Source of the DNA: Desulfatiglandales bacterium
GTDB lineage: Bacteria; Desulfobacterota; DSM-4660; Desulfatiglandales; Desulfatiglandaceae
Reading direction: 5' to 3'
NCBI GenBank assembly: GCA_963666345.1
Contig: OY762721.1
Coordinates: 1,472,001 to 1,536,000 of the forward strand
DNA: 64,000 bases
In this document: positions 30,193-38,872 of the stretch, one piece after another
How positions within the stretch are numbered: the first letter of the stretch is position 1
Layout of the letters: each line of letters opens with the position of its first letter
Program-made: the position numbers and the translations under genes
Notes under the pieces: generated by a model
The model's database searches: none
What the model saw: the letters and a program-made list of their open reading frames with translations, nothing else
What the model was told of the DNA's origin: nothing

Positions 30193-30308
30193 CCTGTTTC
30201 AAAGACCCCTTTTGAGATATGAAAGTCCTGAAAGGCCCTCAAAAATAATCCTTTATACCGATATCCCGAATAAATGGACACCAAAAATTGTTTCCCGGAT
30301 CACTCTTT

Positions 30309-30337
30309 TTGAATAAATGTGTCTTCTATGATATAAA
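30309..30337 (+). promoter_or_regulatory. sigma70-like promoter for the sugar ABC operon
   Basis: TTGAAT-N17-TATAAA with extended -10 TG. Confidence 0.45.
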
Positions 30338-30433
30338 TCCCAGACAGGCGACACATCCACGTCTGTGTATGGCTGTCGATCTTTTTCTTTTAATGAAGCT
30401 CGGATTATATCTTTTCAAAAAAAGGGGGCTTCC

Positions 30434-31732
30434 ATGAAGAAAGCAGTAATAATCACGACACTTTCCATGCTTGTTTCAGCGGTTTTTATCCCCTGCCGGC
30501 CTTACCCTTTGAACGCACAGGAACCTGATACCATCGTATTTCTGACCTGGAAACCGAACCAGCCTGAGGTATGGGAAAAGCTCATAAAAGAGTTCCATCA
30601 TGACAATCCGGATCTCAGGGTCAAGGTCCAGGTAGGGCCTCACTCATCCACGGAATATCATGCCATTGTGACCCAGCGCCTCAAAAACAGAGATGACTCC
30701 CTGGACCTCTTTTTCATGGATGTTACCTGGCCCCCCGAGTTTGCAAATGCCGGCTGGGCACTTGATCTGACCGCCTGGTTTTCAGAACGGGAGCAGCAGA
30801 AGTTCCTGCCCGGTCCTGTTGCCGCAAACAGTTACGAAGGTGGAATTTACGGGGTTCCATGCTACCTGGCGGCAGGCCTTTTTTATTACAGGAAGGACCT
30901 GCTCGACAAACACGAATTCAGACCTCCCTCGACCTGGGACGAGATGCTTTTTCAAGGGAAAAGGATACTTGAGACTGAAGCCGATCCCCTGCTCAATATC
31001 TATTCAGGGCAGTTCAAGCAGTATGAAGGACTTGTCTGTGACATGATGGAGTTCATCTGGTCAAACAACGGGGGAGTTTTTGACACCGGTTCAGGCGGGG
31101 TTATAATCAATCGGGCCGAAAGCGTTAAGGCGGTGACATTCGTCAGGGACCATATCATAGGAAACGCCGCTCCAAGGGGCGCGATAAGCTATGAGGAACC
31201 GGAATCGCTCGATCTTTTCATACAGGGAAAATCGGTTTTTCACCGCAACTGGCCCTATGCCTGGGAGGTGGCCAACAACCCCGAAAAGTCCAAGATAGCG
31301 GGAAAGGTGGGTGTGGGAAGGCTTCCCTCATTTGAGGGGCATGAATCCGCCTCAACGCTCGGGGGGTGGCAGTTCGGCATAAACAGGTGGTCGAGGCATC
31401 ATGAAAAGGCATGGAGGTTTATAAAGCATATGACCTCTTTTAAAAGCCAGAAGATACTGGCCGTCGAAGCCAGCCTCGCCCCCGCAAGAAAGGCGGTCTA
31501 TCTCGACCGTGAGCTCAGGGCGAAAAGACCCAACCTAACGGCATTTCTCCCAGCCTTTGAAAGGGCAAGGCCCCGCCCTCTTTCACCTGTCTACCCGATG
31601 ATCAGCCAGGAGCTTCAACGTTTCTTCAGCCGGGCCGTCTCGGATAAGGGGAGCGAGATCCCTCAACTGGCGGACACGGCCGCTAAAAGGATAAAGAAGA
31701 TCAGGGACCTGGCCGAATCGATCCGGAAATGA
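30434..31732 (+). CDS. sugar ABC transporter substrate-binding protein (trehalose/maltose-type)
   Basis: Signal peptide from MKKAVII (ATG 30434); DVTWPPEFA, YYRKDLL, QYEGLVCD, F.RNWPYAW, STLGGW, ARPRP. Confidence 0.85.
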   Translation: MKKAVIITTLSMLVSAVFIPCRPYPLNAQEPDTIVFLTWKPNQPEVWEKLIKEFHHDNPDLRVKVQVGPHSSTEYHAIVTQRLKNRDDSLDLFFMDVTWPPEFANAGWALDLTAWFSEREQQKFLPGPVAANSYEGGIYGVPCYLAAGLFYYRKDLLDKHEFRPPSTWDEMLFQGKRILETEADPLLNIYSGQFKQYEGLVCDMMEFIWSNNGGVFDTGSGGVIINRAESVKAVTFVRDHIIGNAAPRGAISYEEPESLDLFIQGKSVFHRNWPYAWEVANNPEKSKIAGKVGVGRLPSFEGHESASTLGGWQFGINRWSRHHEKAWRFIKHMTSFKSQKILAVEASLAPARKAVYLDRELRAKRPNLTAFLPAFERARPRPLSPVYPMISQELQRFFSRAVSDKGSEIPQLADTAAKRIKKIRDLAESIRK

Positions 31733-32616
31733 AAAAAAAAGAGATAAAATTTTACCTCGCCCTTATCGCGCCTGCCCTGCTGGTGCTTTTCCTGTTCATC
31801 GGCGCCCCTATAGTACAGTCCTTTATAAAAAGCCTTCACACCATCATTACAGGCCTGCCCCAGCTCAAGGCCCCCTTTGTGGGGCTTGCCAATTATAAGG
31901 ACCTGCTGAACGACCCGGTAGCCGTTCATTCCCTCCGGCTAACCGTTGTTTTCGTGGCCACCACCACCTTTTTCGAACTCCTCATAGGCCTGCTCCTGGC
32001 CCTTCTTATACACCACAGGTTTTACGGCCGCAGCGCCCTGCGCGCCTGCGTGCTCGTCCCCTGGGCCATCCCCACGGTGGTTGCGGCCCAGATGTGGCGT
32101 TTTTTATTCAACGATACCTACGGAATGATAAACTACTTTATCTTCGGGGCGGACAGCGCAAGCTATATCCCCTGGCTCGCCCAGCCCGGCACGGCCCTGT
32201 TTGCCATCATCTTCGCCGACATATGGAAGACATCTTCCTTTGCCGCGCTTCTCATACTGGCAGGGCTCCAGGTAATACCGCAGGAGCTTTACCAGGCGGC
32301 AGAGGTCGACGGCGCAGGTGTCATGAGCCGCTTCCGGCATATAACCTGGCCCCTTATCCGGCCGGCCCTTCTGGTGGCCCTCCTTTTCAGGACCATAGAC
32401 GCCTTCAGGGTATTTGATCTTGCATTCGTCATGACTCATGGGGGACCTGCGGATGCCACGAATGTGCTGCAGCTCTACGGATATAAGAAGATGTTTGTGG
32501 AAGGAATGATGGGTTACGGATCGGCTGTTTCGGTATCCATCTTTGTCATAGTGCTTATTCTGGCGGTACTCTATGTCAGGATGGTGGGCAGGCGTATGCT
32601 GGAGGCACGGGCATGA
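31729..32616 (+). CDS. carbohydrate ABC transporter permease (MalF/SugA-like)
   Basis: FVGLANY, PWAIPTVV, ADIWKT, LAGLQ.IP.ELYQAAEVDGA EAA loop. Confidence 0.92.
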   Translation: MKKKEIKFYLALIAPALLVLFLFIGAPIVQSFIKSLHTIITGLPQLKAPFVGLANYKDLLNDPVAVHSLRLTVVFVATTTFFELLIGLLLALLIHHRFYGRSALRACVLVPWAIPTVVAAQMWRFLFNDTYGMINYFIFGADSASYIPWLAQPGTALFAIIFADIWKTSSFAALLILAGLQVIPQELYQAAEVDGAGVMSRFRHITWPLIRPALLVALLFRTIDAFRVFDLAFVMTHGGPADATNVLQLYGYKKMFVEGMMGYGSAVSVSIFVIVLILAVLYVRMVGRRMLEARA

Positions 32617-33440
32617 ACAGCAAACCTGCACGCATGATGATCCTTTTGCCGGCCATATTCATGGCATCGGCCTTTTCACTGATCCCCTTTCTGCTCTTCG
32701 TCTCATGCGCATTCAAAAACCCCTCGGATGTAGCGGCTGTTCCCCCCGAGTGGTTTCCCTCTTTTTACCTCGGCTCCTTTCACTCCGCCGTCACCCGTTA
32801 CGATATCTTTCATTATCTGGCAAACTCCTTTATCGTATCGGGCGCTACCACTCTGATAACCATATCCTTAGGGTGCCTGGCGGGCTACTGCCTTGCCAGG
32901 ATACCCCGCAGGCCGGGGCAGGTCATACTGATGGTTATACTTGCCTGTGCAATGTTTCCCCAGATCGCGATAGCAGGTCCCATCTGGAGTTTTCTCAGGT
33001 CTGCCGGATGGCTCAACACCTATCAGGGCCTTATAATACCCTATGTGGCGCTCACCCTGCCCCTTGCCGTATGGATACTCGCCCTTTTCTTCAAACAGCT
33101 TCCTGAAGAACTGGAAGACGCGGCCCTTGTGGACGGATGCACCAGAGCGGGAGCATTCGTAAGGGTGGTACTTCCCCTTTCCGCGCCTGGTCTTTTCACC
33201 GCGGCCATACTCACATTCATCTATGCCTGGAATGAATTTTTTCTGGCCCTTCTCATAATGACCGATCCTGCCGGACAGACGATGCCTGTAGGTATCGCCC
33301 TGTTTCAGGGGGAATTCACAGTGCCCTGGGGAGAGATAGCGGCCGCCTCGCTCATTACGACGGCCCCGCTGGTAGTCCTTGTGCTTCTGTTTCAAAGGCG
33401 CATCGTATCAGGGCTTTCAGCAGGTGCAGTCAAGGGATAG
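32613..33440 (+). CDS. carbohydrate ABC transporter permease (MalG/SugB-like)
   Basis: LPEELEDAALVDG EAA loop, AWNEF, FQRRIVSGL.AGAVKG. Confidence 0.92.
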   Translation: MNSKPARMMILLPAIFMASAFSLIPFLLFVSCAFKNPSDVAAVPPEWFPSFYLGSFHSAVTRYDIFHYLANSFIVSGATTLITISLGCLAGYCLARIPRRPGQVILMVILACAMFPQIAIAGPIWSFLRSAGWLNTYQGLIIPYVALTLPLAVWILALFFKQLPEELEDAALVDGCTRAGAFVRVVLPLSAPGLFTAAILTFIYAWNEFFLALLIMTDPAGQTMPVGIALFQGEFTVPWGEIAAASLITTAPLVVLVLLFQRRIVSGLSAGAVKG

Positions 33441-33449
33441 GAACCGCCG

Positions 33450-33797
33450 TTACCAGAGACGGAGATACTTTCTCCCCTCCCGCAACTCACCCCTCACCTT
33501 TTCCATATGCCTGAGCGAGGCGATCTCTCTTTCCAGATCAGCCGCCTTGACATTGAGCCTTTCCGCCAGTCGGGCAGGTTCTATCGCACCCTCTTCCTTC
33601 AGTATCTTCAGTATCTCCGTCTGTCTTTCATTCACATCAGGGGGGCCCTTCATGGTCTTTGCGCTGTGCACGGCCCAGGGATCGCAGGTCCTGGCAGGTG
33701 AAAGCGTGTCCATGTAGCAGTCCTCGCAAAGGACCCTGCCGTAAAGGCTTCTCTCTTCCCCTTCCGCTATCGGTTCATTGCATTTGTCGCATCTCAT
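33450..33797 (-). CDS. small protein with CxxC...CxxC zinc-finger-like N-terminus and winged-HTH-like C-terminus
   Basis: MRCDKC...LCEDC, TCDPWAV, then ILKILKEEG...LAERL...LEREIASLRHMEKVRG. Confidence 0.7.
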   Translation of the reverse strand: MRCDKCNEPIAEGEERSLYGRVLCEDCYMDTLSPARTCDPWAVHSAKTMKGPPDVNERQTEILKILKEEGAIEPARLAERLNVKAADLEREIASLRHMEKVRGELREGRKYLRLW

Positions 33798-33877
33798 CCG
33801 GCATCTCCCGTAAGGTTAATCCAGGCATTTCGAACCGGAGCATCATCCGGCACACCTGCCTGAAAAATCCCTGTCTT

Positions 33878-34642
33878 CTATAGATTCACCTCAAGCCCCT
33901 TCTCCCTGAGATACTCCTTTACCTGTCTGATACTCAGTAATCGATAGTGAAACACGGAGGCCGCAAGCAGTATACGGGCACCTCCCTTTACCGCGCCCTC
34001 ATAAAAATGCTCCAGGGTCCCGGCTCCGCCTGAGGCTATCACAGGAAGGGAAACCGCATCTGAGACCGCCCTGGTGAATTCCAGATCATACCCCTTCTGC
34101 GTGCCGTCTCCATCCATACTGGTGGGAAGGATAGCGCCCGCTCCCAGTTCCCGGCATTTGGCGGCCCAGATCACGGCGTCTTTTCCAACCGGCTTTGTCC
34201 CTCCAGATACCACCAGCTCAAATCCCGAAGGCATATCGCTGTTTCTTCTGGCATCCACCGCAACCGTGACCTTCTCCATACCGAACTTCTCTTTTGCCCT
34301 GCTTACAAGGTCCGGATCTTTTACAACCGCGCTGTTCATGGACACCTTGTCCGCACCGGCATCCAGGACCATCTCGATATCGGCAAGGCTTGATATGCCT
34401 CCCCCCACGGTCAGGGGGATATCAATAACGGATGAGACCTTTTTGACCCATTCAAGTCTTGTCTTCCTGTTTTCCAGCGTAGCGGCTATATCTAGCATGG
34501 CCAGCTGGTCCGCGCCTTCTTTCTCATAAAACAGGGCGTTTTCAACAGGGTCGCCCGCATCCTTCAGACCAACAAAATGGATACCTTTGACAACACGGCC
34601 CTCTTTCATGTCCAAACAGGGCATTATCTCTATCGACTTCAT
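33878..34642 (-). CDS. hisF: imidazole glycerol phosphate synthase cyclase subunit
   Basis: Start MKSIEIMPCLD (ATG 34642); GRVVKG, PLTVGGGI, GADKVSMNS, TSMDGDGT, PVIASGGAG, LAASVFH. Confidence 0.9.
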   Translation of the reverse strand: MKSIEIMPCLDMKEGRVVKGIHFVGLKDAGDPVENALFYEKEGADQLAMLDIAATLENRKTRLEWVKKVSSVIDIPLTVGGGISSLADIEMVLDAGADKVSMNSAVVKDPDLVSRAKEKFGMEKVTVAVDARRNSDMPSGFELVVSGGTKPVGKDAVIWAAKCRELGAGAILPTSMDGDGTQKGYDLEFTRAVSDAVSLPVIASGGAGTLEHFYEGAVKGGARILLAASVFHYRLLSIRQVKEYLREKGLEVNL

Positions 34643-34750
34643 GATTTCTCCTCTCTTACAGCCCGGTTTCATCAGGAAACGGATTCCTTGTCCATCTTCC
34701 CTTTTATGATTAGAATTATCAAGGCAGCGCGAAAGGTCCTGCAGATCCAT

Positions 34751-35131
34751 TCAGATCGAGGGCCGTTCGCCGTCAATATCTTCATATGCATTTTCGGAAA
34801 ATCGGGGGGTGCATATGGCAAGAAAAACCAGGTCATCTGTACCAGTATTGGTGATTCTTTGAGGGCACATGGGAGGAATGAGTACGACATCGTCCGCGCC
34901 TATTTCCCGCGAAAGCGAGCCGACTTCGACACGGCCTTTTCCCTCCAGGATGATATAGCGCTCAAAGGTACGCCCCAGCCGGTGCATCCTGGTAGTAATG
35001 CCGGGCCTTACGCGTGCCCTTGCGATAGATAATACAGGATCATCTTCGGAATTTGATAATTCGATTATGTAACAGCCTTCACGAGTATAATACTCATCCG
35101 AAGGGTCAATGTGTTTTACGGTCTCTTTCAA
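34751..35131 (-). CDS. cupin-domain protein
   Basis: SIARARV.PG.TT..H, ERYIILEG.G, V.IPP...QRITNTG, FLAICTPRF. Confidence 0.85.
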   Translation of the reverse strand: MKETVKHIDPSDEYYTREGCYIIELSNSEDDPVLSIARARVRPGITTRMHRLGRTFERYIILEGKGRVEVGSLSREIGADDVVLIPPMCPQRITNTGTDDLVFLAICTPRFSENAYEDIDGERPSI

Positions 35132-35296
35132 CTGGAATCCTTGTGCCTTTTTTGCGCAGGACGCGCCGGCGCACTTTCATTTTTTTCAAACCTGACAGGT
35201 GTCTTGAAAATCCACGCATGACCTCACAGACAGGGTCACACGTCCCTGTCACTCAAATGCGCGCCGCATCAGGCCGTTTTTTTCAGATTACCTCTT

Positions 35297-35752
35297 TTAT
35301 TTGTATATATCAATAAACTGGATGTTTCTCACTTCGAGTCTCGTCTTGAGGATCTTTGCGATCCTCTTCATGAACAGGAGCCCCATCTCACAGTCCTGGG
35401 AAAACAGACATTCCAGCTCATCCGACTTCCAGGAATATGCCTTTGTCTCGGTATATGCCCTGGCCGAGGTCATGTATTTTCTCTCAGGGGTATCAATAAC
35501 GGCCGAGATTCCTATTGTCATTCCGGGGGTAATCGTATTTATGATAACATCATTACCGGAGTGTTTTCTGATCTCAAGCACCACGTTTCCCTCAACTATC
35601 GAATATATCCTGTCCGCATTATTCCCCTCCTGAAAGACATAGTTATTGGGCTTGTATTCCATGACAACGGCCAGGGGGGCTATCTTTTCAAGCATTGTAT
35701 CCTTCAGGTACTGAAAAAGGACTATCTTCTTAAGGTCTTCTGCGGTAATCAT
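35297..35752 (-). CDS. stand-alone cyclic-nucleotide-binding domain protein
   Basis: LF..L, VFQEG..AD.IY.IVEG.V, PG..IG.SA; GGAGG RBS; no HTH. Confidence 0.8.
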   Translation of the reverse strand: MITAEDLKKIVLFQYLKDTMLEKIAPLAVVMEYKPNNYVFQEGNNADRIYSIVEGNVVLEIRKHSGNDVIINTITPGMTIGISAVIDTPERKYMTSARAYTETKAYSWKSDELECLFSQDCEMGLLFMKRIAKILKTRLEVRNIQFIDIYK

Positions 35753-36231
35753 AATCCCCTCCTTTGCTCATGTATGAAAGACGCCGGGTGAGCTGTCATC
35801 GTTGAAACATTCAACCGATGAAGCCCGCCTGAAACCTTACTGATTCATCCCTTTCCGTCAAACGCCACAGGGGCCTTTTCTATTATCGGGCAGGATCAAA
35901 AACAGAGGGGACTTGACTGATCGGAGGCTATCGAGATGGAAACAGTTGTTGAGCCGGCACAAGGGGATAAGCGGATTACGGCAGGCTGCTCTTTTTCCGT
36001 CCATTGCCATTGCGCTCAGCAGAACTCAAATAATCGCCGCCGGTGCCGTATCGGGTTAATAAGCAGGGAGCGATTCAGCAATAATGGAAATTATAGCATA
36101 TCGAGCTGTTTGCAGATACCTTTTTCATTTCATGGCCAGCATGACCAGACTTCAGAACAAAGGGCCTTCAGTAGCCCTGCTTAACAACAACTGATCGGGA
36201 GATGATCCAAATTTTTCAGAACCATCCCGCC

Positions 36232-36957
36232 TCAAAGGGGTTTACGCAGTACGGGTCCGTCTTCGAAACCGCGACATCCTGTCATGACAGCGTGTTTTTT
36301 GCTCAAAGGATATTGCCGGCAGATCGCAGGTTTCACATCATGAATCAGACATACCGAGCGATTTTCAGATGACACCTCTTTTAGAAAAGGGCAGACCTCA
36401 GCAAATTTCATGGTTCCGGGCACGGTCCATATACTGTAAACCTTTTCTCCATTATCCATTTCAAAGGCCCCTACCCATTTAAGAATATCTTCCCGCCCCA
36501 GACTCTTCCAGTATGAGATATCTTCCCTGGTAATATCTTTATGGTAATCAAGGCTCCTGCAGCACTCACCGCATTGTCTGCACGAAAAATCCTCCATCCC
36601 CGTTTCCACGCTTATTCCCTTGCGGCCGTCTTCAGGATCAACCTCGGTATAGGCCCTTGTGTGAAATACCATTGTGCAGAGAGCCGCCAGGATTTCACCA
36701 TCCGGTTCGGCATCGGAAACAACCCTGCATACGTATTCCAACATTTCGGGGCCGTTGAACCGGCGCATGTTTCTTTTGCCCGGAAGGCCCACCCATACGC
36801 ATCCTTGCCTTCCATCCCTTTTTGTAATTATTTTTCCACCGGAAACAAGGCGTATTACTTCGCAGAAAAGCATGATCTGCGGATCATACCGTCTGAAATC
36901 GTTGAGCACGGAATCAATCGCCTCCCGGCAGGTCAAAAAAACCGTTTCTCTTTTCAT
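36232..36957 (-). CDS. YkgJ-family CxxCxxCC cysteine-cluster protein with N-terminal extension
   Basis: FSCRQCGECC, CPFL, CLIHDVKPAICRQYP. Confidence 0.85.
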   Translation of the reverse strand: MKRETVFLTCREAIDSVLNDFRRYDPQIMLFCEVIRLVSGGKIITKRDGRQGCVWVGLPGKRNMRRFNGPEMLEYVCRVVSDAEPDGEILAALCTMVFHTRAYTEVDPEDGRKGISVETGMEDFSCRQCGECCRSLDYHKDITREDISYWKSLGREDILKWVGAFEMDNGEKVYSIWTVPGTMKFAEVCPFLKEVSSENRSVCLIHDVKPAICRQYPLSKKHAVMTGCRGFEDGPVLRKPL

Positions 36958-36998
36958 CTCCGGCCCTTTGCTTCGCCTTTGCCCTTATGTGCCTATTA

Positions 36999-37463
36999 TC
37001 ATCCAACTATATAGGTGCCTGTTCCCACGGCGATAAGGAGATCTTCCCGGTTTCTCAGCTCCATTCGTGTGACCGCCACCTTCCTTCCGGTCCTCATGAC
37101 GGAGCCGGAGGAAATAAAACCTGTCCCTTTCCCGGGCCTCAGGTAATCCACCCTCAGATCGATCGTTCCGAACCTGGCAATGCGCTCACCCAGCTCATCG
37201 AGCGAAACCCCCTTCATCCTCGTCATGGCCGATGCGGCGGCCGTCATGCCTCCCGTGGCATCAAGCACCGTGGAAATCACCCCGCCATGGAGTACCCCAT
37301 GCACAAAATTCCCGATCAGGGCATCTTTCATGGGAAAGTCAAACCCGGCCCCATCACTTTTAAGATATCGCACATTAAGACCCAGCAGCCTGTTAAAGGG
37401 GAGTTTCTCAAACACCTCCCGGACCTTACCAAGCCGTGCCTCCAGATCCATCTGCTCATTCAT
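36999..37463 (-). CDS. hotdog-fold thioesterase (PaaI-like)
   Basis: PFNRLLG, LHGGVISTVLD, TIDLRVDYLRPG. Confidence 0.9.
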   Translation of the reverse strand: MNEQMDLEARLGKVREVFEKLPFNRLLGLNVRYLKSDGAGFDFPMKDALIGNFVHGVLHGGVISTVLDATGGMTAAASAMTRMKGVSLDELGERIARFGTIDLRVDYLRPGKGTGFISSGSVMRTGRKVAVTRMELRNREDLLIAVGTGTYIVG

Positions 37464-37684
37464 GGGAACCTCCTTGCCTTTTTTTCGCCTTTTAGATGTC
37501 TGCCGTGATGGTATAAAAGAACGGATCTTATCCGGTATCGCAACTTCTCAGTCGCAGATGATCCGAAGATATTATATAATCAATCAAAAGCCCTGTTCCA
37601 GCATTATCTGTAAAACAGCTTATGTATGATCATCCGAATGGGACAACAGCCGGCCATAGAATAAAACCGTAAAAAGGAACTATT

Positions 37685-38173
37685 ATGAATAAGGAAGAGG
37701 CAGTCTACAGGATTCTGGATGAAATGGGCATGTCCTACATGGTTCACGAACACCCTCCGGTCTATACGGTCGAGGAGGCGAGGAGGCATGCGGCAGGCAT
37801 TGAAGGCGCCCACTGCAAGAACCTTTTTCTCAGGAACAGAAAAGGCGACCGGCATTATCTGCTCATCGCCGAATGTGACAGGCCGGTCAAGTTAAAGGAG
37901 CTCCGCCGGCATGTTAATGAAAAGCAGCTCAGCTTCGCATCCCCTGAAAGGCTCCTTGAACACCTGGGCCTGACGCCCGGAAGCGTTTCGCCGTTCGGCC
38001 TCATAAACAATGACAGAGCCGACGTGATCGTTCTTATAGACAGAGACCTGGTCCATTACGGCAGGGTCAATTTTCACCCCAATATAAATAACCTTACCAT
38101 TACGATTTCCTTTACAGATCTGTTAAGATTCATAGATGAATGCGGGAACAGCTACAGGCTTATTGAATTATGA
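37685..38173 (+). CDS. YbaK/ProX-family aminoacyl-tRNA editing protein
   Basis: EHPPVYTVEE, KNLFLR, LSFAS, PGSVSPFGL, FHPN.N. Confidence 0.9.
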   Translation: MNKEEAVYRILDEMGMSYMVHEHPPVYTVEEARRHAAGIEGAHCKNLFLRNRKGDRHYLLIAECDRPVKLKELRRHVNEKQLSFASPERLLEHLGLTPGSVSPFGLINNDRADVIVLIDRDLVHYGRVNFHPNINNLTITISFTDLLRFIDECGNSYRLIEL

Positions 38174-38375
38174 TGCATCCGCAAAAAGTAAAATCTAAAG
38201 CAAAAGAGTAAAAACTCCTCCCGCATAGGCGGAACAGACCCGGCGCTTCCGCGGACCCGCGCCCGAGTCTGTCCAGGCAAAGTACCCCGTTAGTAAGGAA
38301 CCCGCACCGGTTTACCCACTGTTCTCCATTCCAGGTTTAAGGGTACCTGAGGTGAGCCGGAGCAAAGCGACTCAA

Positions 38376-38416
38376 CAATTTTAGGCACTTCCAACTTTAG
38401 TCACTTTTTTTATTCC
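38376..38416. repeat. dispersed intergenic repeat CAATTTWAGGYACTTYCAACTTTAGTCACTTTTT, copy 1
   Basis: Near-identical to 53441-53489. Confidence 0.7.
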
Positions 38417-38534
38417 ATGCACCTGGCCTATAGAATAAGAAAGCCGCATTTTCCAGCACGACTCAAAAAAGCGGCTTTTCTATAATGAAATAACCCGTAG
38501 CGTTTCGATCCTGGTTAAGACCTCAAGTCGCCTT

Positions 38535-38615
38535 CCTTTACAATGTGTAAAGGCGCTCGACACCTGAAAGCGCGTCAGGAGATGGGGGCTCCATTCATGT
38601 GTCAATGCTGATACA
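38535..38615. promoter_or_regulatory. two palindromes upstream of the sigma54 promoter: CCTTTACA-N3-TGTAAAGG (38535-38553) and TGTGTCA-N4-TGATACA (38598-38615), candidate enhancer-binding-protein sites
   Basis: Seen directly; position upstream of a -24/-12 element is consistent with activator sites. Confidence 0.45.
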
Positions 38616-38660
38616 TATATAAATATCCAATATTTAACCCACTTTCAAAATGCCCTCCCA

Positions 38661-38676
38661 AGGCACGGATCTTGCT
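38661..38676 (+). promoter_or_regulatory. sigma54 (-24/-12) promoter of the molybdoenzyme operon
   Basis: AGGCACGGATCTTGCT = GG-N10-GC, close to TGGCACG-N4-TTGCW consensus. Confidence 0.7.
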
Positions 38677-38872
38677 TCTTTCTCCTCCCGAAAGAGATAA
38701 TTTTTACCGCCCAAATGCCGATTCAAACAAAAAAACGGCCGGTTCCCGCACTGACCTCAATCCGGTCTCGAGGTCTTTTGTTTTTGGTCGTTTTAAAGGA
38801 TTTTTTCTTTCAGGTAATCAATCTGTATTTTTTGTGTTCGACATATGGACTTCACAACAAGGAGAGGAACTA

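Noticed and set aside
34643..34750. N-terminal extension of HisF
   Set aside because: The HisF fold starts at MKSIEIMPCLD, which has its own RBS-like sequence
35936..36184. 82-aa plus-strand ORF between two minus-strand genes
   Set aside because: No motif and atypical composition; likely intergenic, though GGAGG precedes it
38672..38872. N-terminal 67 aa of the 893-aa molybdoenzyme ORF
   Set aside because: The Tat signal and RBS place the start at 38873, and the TTG lies inside the sigma54 element
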